From sequence record PQ287644.1: a stretch of DNA of 64,000 nucleotides; one strand, written 5' to 3'. Numbering within the stretch: position 1 is the stretch's first letter; each line of letters begins with the position of its first letter. Below the pieces are notes generated by a model. It worked only from the letters and a program-made list of their open reading frames with translations, did no database searches and was not told the DNA's origin. The position numbers were made by a program, and so were the translations under genes. This document shows, piece by piece, positions 9,042 to 18,596 of this stretch.

Positions 9042-9608
9042 ATGTTACTGTTCAATGTGAAGGAGATGACGAATGGTATCCTCATGCCATCTGAATTGTC
9101 TCGGGTAGAACGAGAGACCATTATTAAGGACTTGATTGAAACGGCCTTGAGTATCTTCAATAATCCTTCTTTGTGTGACGGGATCCTGGATGACCTGTTG
9201 GAGCATTATGAGTTTAACGTAGGGATACTGAATACCGACCGTATCGTTCTGGATCTCGTAAAGGTCATTAAACACACCGCCCGTAAGCTGGGGTGGGACA
9301 GTCGTTTGAAGGCGAAGGTGGAATTCAAGCAGGTCGGGAGTGGGTATCATAAAGCCCGTATTGTAATGGATTTGGATGAAACCCTCCAAGCGTTGTCTTC
9401 GAATGTAACAGAACCGGTTCGCCTCAACGACGTTATTAGTGACCATCCAGAAGTCGAGATGCTCAATGAAATCATTTCACTACGATCTAGCAAAGCCCCA
9501 AGGAGAGTTCCGGTACTACCAGATCGACGTCCAGTGGTTGTTAAAGGAAATCAGGAGTCAGGTTGGGTACCTGGTTACCGGGAGCATTACCGGAAAATCG
9601 GTTACTGA
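9042..9608 (+). CDS. Hypothetical protein
   Basis: AAGGAG RBS before ATG 9042; its 3' end overlaps the next gene by 143 nt. Confidence 0.65.
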   Translation: MLLFNVKEMTNGILMPSELSRVERETIIKDLIETALSIFNNPSLCDGILDDLLEHYEFNVGILNTDRIVLDLVKVIKHTARKLGWDSRLKAKVEFKQVGSGYHKARIVMDLDETLQALSSNVTEPVRLNDVISDHPEVEMLNEIISLRSSKAPRRVPVLPDRRPVVVKGNQESGWVPGYREHYRKIGY

Positions 9609-9897
9609 ACATTACGACGAAGTAGCCTTAGGGGTCCTACAGAAAGCCATTGATGAGTGTTTAGTCTTTAACCGCGGCTTTGAGTTGGAAGAGTCTCCTA
9701 ACGTCTTTCCCCGTAGGCAAGCGGACAAGTACCTGTTACCAGACGATCGAAATGAGTTGGTGATTGATGCAGTAGCTCATTTAAGCCGTTTAATAACCCT
9801 CCACAGCCCCTATACCGCACTTAGTCACCCGGTGGTGTACCGGGTGCTGCCGAATGGCAATCTCTTAGTTGGGATCGATAAGAGGGATTTATTATGA
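9466..9897 (+). CDS. Hypothetical protein
   Basis: MKSFHYDL start; ATGA-coupled to the next gene. Confidence 0.6.
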   Translation: MKSFHYDLAKPQGEFRYYQIDVQWLLKEIRSQVGYLVTGSITGKSVTEHYDEVALGVLQKAIDECLVFNRGFELEESPNVFPRRQADKYLLPDDRNELVIDAVAHLSRLITLHSPYTALSHPVVYRVLPNGNLLVGIDKRDLL

Positions 9898-10253
9898 TTA
9901 CGAAAACCATTCCCCTCGCGTTGGTGAACCGTTGTTTTACGAACGCTGGCTTAAAGCCTGAGCAGACCTATTCGGTGATAGCGACCCTGGTACATATCTG
10001 GCGAGTGAATGATCATAATGAGGGAATGACCCGGGAGTTGATTTTCAATGAATTGGAATTGGATGAACTAACCGCTCAAACCCTATGGAACTCGCTTCAA
10101 CAGCCATTACTGACCATTAGTCAGCAAATTCGTGAGTTAGCACTGGCCGGGCGATTGGTTAGCTGGAAAGTTCTTCCCCTCACCATTATCTTAGAGATAG
10201 AAGATGAAAACCTTGTCCCACTCAGTACCTATACCCCCGTTGACCGATCATAA
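9894..10253 (+). CDS. Hypothetical protein
   Basis: 119-aa ORF, ATGA coupling, AGAGGG RBS. Confidence 0.65.
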   Translation: MITKTIPLALVNRCFTNAGLKPEQTYSVIATLVHIWRVNDHNEGMTRELIFNELELDELTAQTLWNSLQQPLLTISQQIRELALAGRLVSWKVLPLTIILEIEDENLVPLSTYTPVDRS

Positions 10254-10527
10254 GGAATTCCTGGGGGCGTATAAAGCGTTGTTGAACGCCTTACAGATCC
10301 AAGAGAACATTCCCTTCCCGCTGTCTGCTGGCTTTACGCATCCGGTTGAAAAAGAGAACCAGGCGCTCACCACCCGCTTCTTTCACGATAAGAGTCTTTT
10401 CCAACAACTCAAGTTGAACCATCCTTTGCTTCGGTTACTGGAAGTGAGGGTCCACAACCACATGGCCACCTTTATTTTCGGTTACCCAGAGATCGGTCAA
10501 GATGAAAAAGCGTTTCCTCCGAGTTGA
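10204..10527 (+). CDS. Hypothetical protein
   Basis: 107-aa ORF in the co-oriented run; overlaps its neighbours. Confidence 0.5.
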   Translation: MKTLSHSVPIPPLTDHKEFLGAYKALLNALQIQENIPFPLSAGFTHPVEKENQALTTRFFHDKSLFQQLKLNHPLLRLLEVRVHNHMATFIFGYPEIGQDEKAFPPS

Positions 10528-10882
10528 TTATGAGCGGATAGCTGAATACGTGTTAGACCGTTCGTTGAAGACTGACGGCCTGCTGGTGGATACACCATCG
10601 AATGTCATTGACCTGTACCTCACCCACGCCTTACTTGCTCGTCATTTAAAGCACTTGGAAGCCGCCCTCCAGCCATTCAATAGGAACGGTGAATGGGGGT
10701 CTTCCCTGGAGATTGAGGGTGAAGACGAGGATCCCCAATTGACCGAAGTGTTGTTTTCCGATCAAGGGGAAGACATCGTCCACACCTTCCAGGTGAGCTC
10801 ACGGCCATGCGCAGTGGTTCACCTTCGGGGTAGAGTCGTTGTGTTACCCCTGATCAAAATAGAAGTGCTTACACGAGGTTAA
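10502..10882 (+). CDS. Hypothetical protein
   Basis: 126-aa ORF in the co-oriented run. Confidence 0.55.
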   Translation: MKKRFLRVDYERIAEYVLDRSLKTDGLLVDTPSNVIDLYLTHALLARHLKHLEAALQPFNRNGEWGSSLEIEGEDEDPQLTEVLFSDQGEDIVHTFQVSSRPCAVVHLRGRVVVLPLIKIEVLTRG

Positions 10883-10883
10883 T

Positions 10884-11306
10884 ATGGCAGTTACTCCCAG
10901 ACTCAATGACATTGTGGATTTCCAATTGGTACGTAATGGCATCCTTGGGGATGAACGGGTGGGGGTGTTGGTCATCTCAGCCTCTATGACGTACCAAGCG
11001 GCTAAGGCCATGGATCCTCAGATCAATGTAAAACACAGTAACCTGTTTCAATACTTCCAGAATAAAGTGGGTGGGGTAGACGATCCGTCCAAGTACCCGT
11101 ACTTCGCGGTACAGCTCACCAATGGGCAATTTGAGGTCATTGGGATTCCTTGGGTGAACGATGCGACCTTTAAGACTATCGAAGGACGTATTCGTACCTA
11201 CACGATCACCAATTACCAGGAATCCATGGCGGGGCCTATCGCCAACATGCTGCGTAACCTGGGTGCGAGTTATACCGTGCATGACACCACCACGACCAAG
11301 AATTAA
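10884..11306 (+). CDS. Conserved phiKZ-like protein (position of phiKZ gp49)
   Basis: GAGG RBS; 140 aa; directly upstream of the DNA polymerase gene and followed by a terminator. Confidence 0.7.
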   Translation: MAVTPRLNDIVDFQLVRNGILGDERVGVLVISASMTYQAAKAMDPQINVKHSNLFQYFQNKVGGVDDPSKYPYFAVQLTNGQFEVIGIPWVNDATFKTIEGRIRTYTITNYQESMAGPIANMLRNLGASYTVHDTTTTKN

Positions 11307-11310
11307 TTCA

Positions 11311-11360
11311 CTACCACATCCTCTATTTAAACGGGGGATGTGGTAGAACCTTTATTTTTT
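11311..11360 (+). terminator. Rho-independent terminator
   Basis: ctaccacatcctc...gggggatgtggtag followed by a T-tract. Confidence 0.75.
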
Positions 11361-11407
11361 CGTCCCGTGTCTTTTTTAATAGACGTTTTGAACAGAGAGA
11401 AAGTCGT

Positions 11408-13510
11408 ATGAATGTTCCAGCGACTCAAGAGACTGAGTCTTATCAGTCACCCTTTATAGAGAAAACGTATGTAAGTAATCGTAACTTCCTGAAAGCGTAC
11501 CACTACTTAGCGGCCCGTTACCTCTCCATTGTGTACGGGTGGGACTATGAGAACCTGCTAGAGATTTGCGAGAAGGTCTTCGTACCGAACGAGAATGGGT
11601 TCAAAGAAGCCAAGTTCGGGGTCTTTAAGAAAGACAAGTACGGAGACCGTGTCCCGACGGTAATGGGAACCCGGGAGTTCTTTAACGCGGTCCGAGAGAA
11701 CAACTGGCACCTCTCCCCATCCTTGGTCGCGTATACCAATACAGAGGAAGAACAGTCCGTTAACGCGGCAGGTACCGAAGAGTTTATTGAGTTTCGTCGG
11801 TTGTACAAAGGCAAGAAACAAGCCGCTAAAGACGTTGGGGACGAGGAAGCGGAGAAGGCGTTCCATGAAATTCAGAATGCCTTAAAGATCTTTAATAATT
11901 CTCAATCCGGCGGGATGTCGTCATCCGGTACCCCTTTGTTCAATAAGTCCGGCCATACGACACTCACCAGCACCTGCCGAGCCCTCACCAGTACGGCTAA
12001 CCTGATCAATGAACGGCTAATCACCGGTAACCGCTTGTTGTTAACCTACAACAAGACGATGGAACTGTTCGTCAGTCAGCTCCAATTCGCCGACCGTGAT
12101 CTAATCCAATCGGTGATTGACGAGTACGGGATGGCGTACGCCACGGTCGATCAGGTCATGGACATGGTGAGACGGTGTACAGCGTACTACTGGGATAACC
12201 CTGTTAAACTCAGGGCTATTGAACAGTTCTTGAGGGATCTCACCCCCTTGGAACTGACCATTATCCTCTGTACCCAGGATTTGAGAGGGTTGTATACCAC
12301 CAACCCAGACCTGATTAAACGGTTCTTTAAGGAATGGTGCGATATCCCGGAGTTTCCGGAAGGGGTTAAGGAAGAGGATCATCCTAAACCCTTGAATGGG
12401 GATTATTACATCCTGTGTTTAACCAAGCTCGGGGAAAAGTCCAGTAAAGCCCAAATCAACTTCTTGAATGGTTATCACTTGGAGGTTGAGAAACGCTGGG
12501 GGAACTTCATTAGTGCGTTCCTCAAATCTTCTATCCCTCCCACCGACATTTACAGCGTCAAAGAGTTGGTTCGTGAAAACGTAATGACCTCTGATACAGA
12601 CGCCTGTATTTACAGTGTGGATCAACTGATTCAAGAGTTCTCGACTGACCCTACGGTTTCGTTGAGGTTCAATGGCGTTCTAACCTTCTTCATTCGCAAC
12701 ATTGCGATCGACCAGCACGCTAAACTCAGTCGCAACATGAATGTGGCTAAGAAGTACGAGCGTCGGTTGAACATGAAGAATGAGTACTTGTATGCGTCGT
12801 ATGTGACGACCTCCATGTCGAAACACTACTTCGCGTTGCAACTCATGGTGGAAGGGGTCTTGAATAAGAAACCGAAGTTGGATTTGAAGGGTGTTCACTT
12901 ACGAGGGGTCAAGATTGCGGAATTGGTGAGGGAGTTCACCGGGAAACTCATGCGGAAAATCTTGAATGCACTGTACAGCCGTGAGAAGCTGGATGCGCCT
13001 AAGATTTTGAGGGAAGTGGCTGACATCGAGCGTCAGCTGTTTGCCAACCTGGAAGAAGGGGGTTGGGCGTGGTTAACGATTGAAGGGGTTAAGGACCCAT
13101 CAGCCTATACAGACCCAGAGAGTAACGAACGGTACATCAACCATTTGTTCTGGGACGAGGTATTGGCTCCTAAGTATGGGGATACCCCCCCATTCCCGTA
13201 TAAAGCCTACAAGATCAACCTGACCTTAACCGGTAAGAAGAAACTGGAGGACTTCTTTAACAGCATCGAGGACCCGAATTATAAAGCCCTGTTGGTGGAT
13301 CACCTTAAAGGACGAGATAAGCTGAGTTCCATCTATATCCCCACCGATCAGATAGATCAAATGGGTGGAATCCCTAAAGAGTTTATCCCATTTATTGACA
13401 AGCGCAGAATCGTTAGTCATAACCTAAAATCCATTTATGCGATTCTAGAAGCGTTAGGACTCTTTATCTTAAATGCTAAGGTAACGAGGCTGGTTTCTGA
13501 TGAACATTGA
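11408..13510 (+). CDS. Family B DNA polymerase, catalytic part (phiKZ gp50-like)
   Basis: Motif B KIFNNSQSG, motif C SDTDA, and KHYF...KGV; no exonuclease domain or motif A, which are on a separate gene. Confidence 0.9.
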   Translation: MNVPATQETESYQSPFIEKTYVSNRNFLKAYHYLAARYLSIVYGWDYENLLEICEKVFVPNENGFKEAKFGVFKKDKYGDRVPTVMGTREFFNAVRENNWHLSPSLVAYTNTEEEQSVNAAGTEEFIEFRRLYKGKKQAAKDVGDEEAEKAFHEIQNALKIFNNSQSGGMSSSGTPLFNKSGHTTLTSTCRALTSTANLINERLITGNRLLLTYNKTMELFVSQLQFADRDLIQSVIDEYGMAYATVDQVMDMVRRCTAYYWDNPVKLRAIEQFLRDLTPLELTIILCTQDLRGLYTTNPDLIKRFFKEWCDIPEFPEGVKEEDHPKPLNGDYYILCLTKLGEKSSKAQINFLNGYHLEVEKRWGNFISAFLKSSIPPTDIYSVKELVRENVMTSDTDACIYSVDQLIQEFSTDPTVSLRFNGVLTFFIRNIAIDQHAKLSRNMNVAKKYERRLNMKNEYLYASYVTTSMSKHYFALQLMVEGVLNKKPKLDLKGVHLRGVKIAELVREFTGKLMRKILNALYSREKLDAPKILREVADIERQLFANLEEGGWAWLTIEGVKDPSAYTDPESNERYINHLFWDEVLAPKYGDTPPFPYKAYKINLTLTGKKKLEDFFNSIEDPNYKALLVDHLKGRDKLSSIYIPTDQIDQMGGIPKEFIPFIDKRRIVSHNLKSIYAILEALGLFILNAKVTRLVSDEH

Positions 13511-13555
13511 GGGTGGGTTTACGCTCAGAAACGAGGCGAATCAATAACACTGACA

Positions 13556-13603
13556 TACCGAGAGAGGAGGCCCTAAGCCTGCCTCTCTCGGTAGTTTTTA
13601 TTT
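13556..13603. terminator. Terminator between convergent genes
   Basis: taccgagagaggaggc-cctaa-gcctgcctctctcggta followed by gtttttattt. Confidence 0.8.
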
Positions 13604-13665
13604 AACTTTTTCAATAAGCTTATTGGGTAAGTCAATTTCTTGACCTCCCACAAGATGGCAGCGTG

Positions 13666-14766
13666 TTATTTCTTGAGGTTAATACGGTTTAGCGTATTCA
13701 ACTCGTCTGCCAGTTCCAAGAACCATCCTTTGAAGTACGATTCAGGGATACGTTGGTAGTTATTCACCCGTTTCAAATGACTTCGTTCCACCACACTGTT
13801 AATGTCAGCCGCGGGGTAATTCCCGTGGTTGCAGATACTCAAGTAGGTGGAATACAGCTTCATTAAAGCCGGTTCCCAAACCCAACTGGTTTGCGTAAAC
13901 AACGCGTTCTTACCCGCCGGAACGTAGTTGAAGTAGGGTTGTTTATAAATCGACTCAAGGGTAACGAGGAGGTGTTCCAGGTTAAAGAGTCTACGTCCTG
14001 TTAAGGCCTCTCCCAGGAAAGTCAGGTAGAGGTCCATTAGCCGTTGTTCACTGACCGTATTAAACACCACTTTGTCCGAGTTCATCACACTCTTCAGTGG
14101 CTGTTGGTGAACGAAGTGATCGTAGAGGGTGTTAATGACCGTAAGTTGATTATGGATCAACTGGGCGTTGGCTAAAGGTATCTGAGCAACAAATGCCCGT
14201 ATACCCGTATCCCGCTCGTAGTCCATTTGCTGGTACGCCCACCACGCAACAGCCAACTCCACCAGGTCCACGCCTATAATGGCCAAGTCATTGATCTGTC
14301 CGTTAACCGTCTTATCCCGGTTGAGTGGGTGGGAATAACTTCGTTCGGTAACCGTAGAACACAACGGTACCACAGGACACATGGATACAAAGTCAATAGG
14401 AGCACTGTATTGCTTGGTATTCTCAATCAGACACCAGTGTTCCCGCACACTGTTCCGGTAGAACCCATTGGTGATTGCTTTACCCACATGACCCAACGAG
14501 GTAATATTAAACAACGTACATAATGAATACGCCCGGAACCTCGTATAACTGACCACGTAGGAGAGATCCCAATCCTTATTGATGCTTAACTGTTGAAGTA
14601 ATCCTACTAGGACGTGTTCGTTCTCGGTATGGAACGGTTGTGCCCTGACGTAGTGGAAAAAGGCTTTACGGTTGAACGCCGTTTGCCGTTGCAGGTTACC
14701 CAAGTCACCGAACAGTAACCGGGGATAAACCGTGTTAGACGGTTTAGGGAATGACAAGGTTAGCAT
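13666..14766 (-). CDS. Conserved Chimalliviridae protein (position of phiKZ gp52)
   Basis: 366 aa from MLTLSF; divergent from chimallin, as in phiKZ-like synteny. Confidence 0.75.
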   Translation of the reverse strand: MLTLSFPKPSNTVYPRLLFGDLGNLQRQTAFNRKAFFHYVRAQPFHTENEHVLVGLLQQLSINKDWDLSYVVSYTRFRAYSLCTLFNITSLGHVGKAITNGFYRNSVREHWCLIENTKQYSAPIDFVSMCPVVPLCSTVTERSYSHPLNRDKTVNGQINDLAIIGVDLVELAVAWWAYQQMDYERDTGIRAFVAQIPLANAQLIHNQLTVINTLYDHFVHQQPLKSVMNSDKVVFNTVSEQRLMDLYLTFLGEALTGRRLFNLEHLLVTLESIYKQPYFNYVPAGKNALFTQTSWVWEPALMKLYSTYLSICNHGNYPAADINSVVERSHLKRVNNYQRIPESYFKGWFLELADELNTLNRINLKK

Positions 14767-14924
14767 GTGAGTATTTTTCCAGTGATGAACTATTATATAG
14801 CACACCACGGTCTCCCGGTTCGTCCGGGAGTCGTTGGAGTGCAATTTCGAAAATGGTATGAGTTTGAACAAGTACCTATAGCATTTCAGCCTAAAAAGCC
14901 GGAATGTCACCAGGTGCTAGAATT

Positions 14925-14942
14925 TTTCAAACCCATATTACC
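14925..14942 (+). promoter_or_regulatory. Candidate early promoter upstream of chimallin
   Basis: tttcaaacccatattacc, which contains the phiKZ-type TATTAC. Confidence 0.65.
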
Positions 14943-15044
14943 AGTGTGAATCGCCACAAGGATATTTGTGTGTGTAGGCAAACACTACGCGATTCCGCTA
15001 TAGCGAAGCAAACCCTTTCTTAAGAAAACGATGGAGTTTACCCC

Positions 15045-17057
15045 ATGGCTGTGAATAAAGGTCGTTCGTCCGAATCCACCACTCCGAACTCTTCCTGGAC
15101 TGATGAAGAAGCCGGCGATAACGGTTTGAGCGCCAGCGTACGTCAAGACACCACCGGTCTGTCGGGCCTCTTCAGCCTGACCTCGATGACTTCGGACAAC
15201 CGCAATATGGTGGAAGTCTCCGAAGTCGCCAAGATCCTCAAGGAACGTTTCACCCGTATCGCGGAGGCTACCACTCCGGAAGCTCAGCGCAACATCGTTC
15301 CGAACGTGGATGAAATGACCGCCGGCATCTCCAGCATCCTCCCGGGCCTGGTACTGCACAAAGTCATCAACAACAAACTCTGGGTAATGGGTGTCCTGTT
15401 CTCCAACAAGGACCTGACCATTTCCTCGGAGCCGATCCGTATCAACACCCTCAACGGTATCCAACAGCAAATCTCGGTACCGCTGACCCCGACCAACTAC
15501 GCCAACGAAGCGGTCATGAAGAACCTGGTGTCTTACTACACCCGTGTGGCGGAACAGCAAGGTGCGAAAGGGGTTGAAGTCATCAACATGGTCGTGGTTG
15601 ACCTGGAGATGCTGAACCACCCGGAAGCAGGCGATCCCAAGGACCGTTCGGCCAAGCTGGCGGGTTACCTCACCAACCAGTGGGAAACCGGTGTTCTGGT
15701 CCGCGCAACCATCGAGATCGCCAGCGCTGGCGTTCCGCTGCCGTCTCCGTTCGCAGATCCGAAGCATCCCTTCGGTAAAGACGGTTGCGCGGAAGCGCGG
15801 GTTACCGCTATCCAAGAACGTGTTACCAAGGCGTTCACCCTGAGCGCTGCGAACATGGAAGTGGTGGCGGCTACCATCAGCGACCTCAACCGTAGTGGTG
15901 GTGTCTCTTCCCAGAACAACAGCAAGGAGATCGCGCGCGCTACGGCTATCGTCAGCCTGGCAGGTATCACCATGCAGGCTCACCAAGCCAACCTGGCTGC
16001 CAGCCGCGGTGCCGCTCAGCACAATGACCTGATCAATCAGTTCCTGAACCTGACCGGTGGTGTTTACCCGCACGGCTACCGTCCGCTGCACCCGGTGATC
16101 ACCATGGAAACCGCGTACGCCGGTGAAATGATGAACTTCAACCAGGGTCTGTTCCCGTTCTTCTTCGGGCTGTACCTGCTGATGACCACCAACACCGACT
16201 ACGTCTTCTCTGAAGCACTGCGTAAGGTGAGTGTGGGTCAACGGGGTAACCTGAGTGCACTGGAGCCGCGTATCGACAGTCTGCTGGGTGGTGTGAACCC
16301 GCCGAACCGTCTGAAACTGAATGACAAAAACATCACGGATATCGATGTTGTTAACCAATGGATTCGTCAGAACGTTTCGCAACACGCGATCTTCCGTTCG
16401 AACATCGTCCTGAATGGTCCGGATTCCGCGATCAACAACTTCCTCAGCCGGTTGAGCCAGCAAAACCGTTCTAAGGAAGTGGGGATCGTGGTGTCGGTGA
16501 TCGATGCGATGACCAAGAACAAGTTCTCTCAGATCATCGAGCAGAACCGTTCGGCACGCACCGGTTGGACCCCGGAAAAACCGGTTCTACACCGCACCCC
16601 GATCCTGGTGGTCAACGGCTTGGCTGAAGCGCCCAATGGTAAGAAACTGAATACCTTGGAAGTGGATGAAATGCTGCTGGGCCACTACAAAGGTGCGAAC
16701 GGTGCTCAGGCGATGATGAACTACCTGGCGGTCATGTACGGTGTGACCAACGAAGACCCCAAAGCCCGTTGCCAGAAGCTCAACCTGGAGCTGAACCAAT
16801 CGCTGTTCAACGGTGCGGTTCACATCAACAGCTACTCGCAAGCGGCGGTCTGGGATCCGAACTTCATGGCGGCCCTGGCGCAAGCTATGGAAAGCCTGGG
16901 TAGCATGAACGCAGCGAACTCCGCGGCCAGCTTCCGTCCGAATCAGGCTGTTTATGTACCGGGTGCAGGTCTGGCTACTACCGCCTTTGCAGGTGGTAGT
17001 TCCCTGTCCAACCCGAACCTCATGAACGCCTTCCTGGGTGGTTTTGCGTTCGGCTGA
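15045..17057 (+). CDS. chmA: Chimallin, major phage nuclear shell protein
   Basis: 670 aa; strongly biased high-expression codon usage; low-complexity N-terminus; canonical position between DNA pol/gp52-like and RNAP beta'; own promoter and terminator. Confidence 0.85.
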   Translation: MAVNKGRSSESTTPNSSWTDEEAGDNGLSASVRQDTTGLSGLFSLTSMTSDNRNMVEVSEVAKILKERFTRIAEATTPEAQRNIVPNVDEMTAGISSILPGLVLHKVINNKLWVMGVLFSNKDLTISSEPIRINTLNGIQQQISVPLTPTNYANEAVMKNLVSYYTRVAEQQGAKGVEVINMVVVDLEMLNHPEAGDPKDRSAKLAGYLTNQWETGVLVRATIEIASAGVPLPSPFADPKHPFGKDGCAEARVTAIQERVTKAFTLSAANMEVVAATISDLNRSGGVSSQNNSKEIARATAIVSLAGITMQAHQANLAASRGAAQHNDLINQFLNLTGGVYPHGYRPLHPVITMETAYAGEMMNFNQGLFPFFFGLYLLMTTNTDYVFSEALRKVSVGQRGNLSALEPRIDSLLGGVNPPNRLKLNDKNITDIDVVNQWIRQNVSQHAIFRSNIVLNGPDSAINNFLSRLSQQNRSKEVGIVVSVIDAMTKNKFSQIIEQNRSARTGWTPEKPVLHRTPILVVNGLAEAPNGKKLNTLEVDEMLLGHYKGANGAQAMMNYLAVMYGVTNEDPKARCQKLNLELNQSLFNGAVHINSYSQAAVWDPNFMAALAQAMESLGSMNAANSAASFRPNQAVYVPGAGLATTAFAGGSSLSNPNLMNAFLGGFAFG

Positions 17058-17080
17058 TACGAGAGTGTGCTGAAACAGTA

Positions 17081-17116
17081 AAGGTTAGGGGGCTTTCGGG
17101 CTCCCTAACCTTTATT
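17081..17116 (+). terminator. Terminator after chimallin
   Basis: aaggttagggggc-tttcgg-gctccctaacctt followed by tatt. Confidence 0.8.
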
Positions 17117-17144
17117 CCGCTTTTGTCTTTTTGGAGTTTATTCG

Positions 17145-18596
17145 ATGGAATTACCTGAACTGACTCCGAGCCTTTCGTTGGCCATTAAACGGTTAACGGA
17201 ATACAGTGAAGAAGTGCTGGATCCCCTTAAGGACTTTGTTGGCTACGCCAGTAAGCTGGATTTTTCCTTGGAGGATGATCCTCGGTTCTCGATGCCGGCC
17301 TATCCCGATTTTGAAGACTACGACTACCTGCACGATACCAGCCGTCTTAAGCAAGTCTACCTGAATGACTTCGATTTCAATCTGGAAGAAGACCGAGAAG
17401 CCCTCAGTCGTTTAACCCGGATGGAGTTTGAGGGTAATTCGTTTGATACCGTTGCGCGGTGTTTGTGTAAGGACGGCAAGGGACTCCGGGGTAACTACCT
17501 CCTGGGTACCGAACGGGTGTGTCCACGGTGTGGGAGTAAAGCAGAACTCTTCTTGGATCAAGGGGAAGACACCCGGATCTGGCTCAAATGCCCCGAAGGG
17601 GTGAAGAAGTTCGTTAACATCGGGTTCTTTACGACCTTCTTTAACAATATCAGCATAGGAAACCCGTCCCCCAAGATCAATGTACCGCGTTACTTCATTG
17701 ATCCTCTGTATCGAACCAAGGTTAAGAAGCAACGGAATGGAACCCTCATTGCCATTAACCAGATGCTCGGTGACTTGGAGATCCACCATGTTGACCTGAA
17801 TACGTTCTATGATCATTGTGATCGGATCATGGAATACATCCTGGTAGGTCCAGGGGAACGCTGGTCGAAGTACCGGGGTGGGGAAGGTGCTGAGATCCTG
17901 GAACTGTATCATCGGTATAAACACATCGCGTTCTGTAATTACTTGAAGGTACCCAGTAGGTACTGCATGGTACTGGAACGGGTGGGTAAAGAAGTACGGA
18001 GTTATGAGCATCAGCCTGAAACGGCCAAGCTTTATAACGCCATTGCGGATACCATGAAGTCCAGCAATTGTTATCAGCTCACTGAAAAGGACTTGCAACG
18101 CAATGTGGACATTGTGGGTAAGAACCTGGTGGCGTTAGCCGATCAATTCAGGAGTGTCAATAACCCCAAAGCCGTGTTTAATAAACACGGTATCAACCGT
18201 AAGCATGTGTGTGCGGGTCCGGTGCCATTAACGGGACGGTCGGTGATTACCTCTCAAACGGGTATTATTAATCACTCCGAAGTGATTATGCCGTGGAAGA
18301 TGGTCGTTACCATCCTGGAACAACCCATTACGAACCACCTCTATCGGTTAGGGCATACCCCCCGGAGTGCCCGTAAGCTGATCTATAACGCGGCCTATCG
18401 GATCGTTCCAGAAATCGATGCGTTCTTACGGCGTGCGGAGGAGAGTCGTAAAGTCCTGGTTCAAATGGGGCGTAACCCCTCGATTGAGTACCTCAGTCGA
18501 CGCACCAATTACCTGCGGGTGAACCGGGATCTGGAAGATGAGAGTATTAAGATCCCCATTACTTCAGTCGGTCCTTACAATGCTGACTTCGACGGT
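17145..18596 (+). CDS. rpoC: nvRNAP beta' N-terminal subunit, exon 1
   Basis: Zn finger CLC...CPRC; GRSVI; GRNPSI; ends PYNADFDG at the splice site. Confidence 0.92.

Noticed and set aside
14985-16463. 492-aa minus-strand ORF antisense to chimallin
   Set aside because: Shadow ORF produced by the strong codon bias of the highly expressed plus-strand gene; no RBS or motifs.
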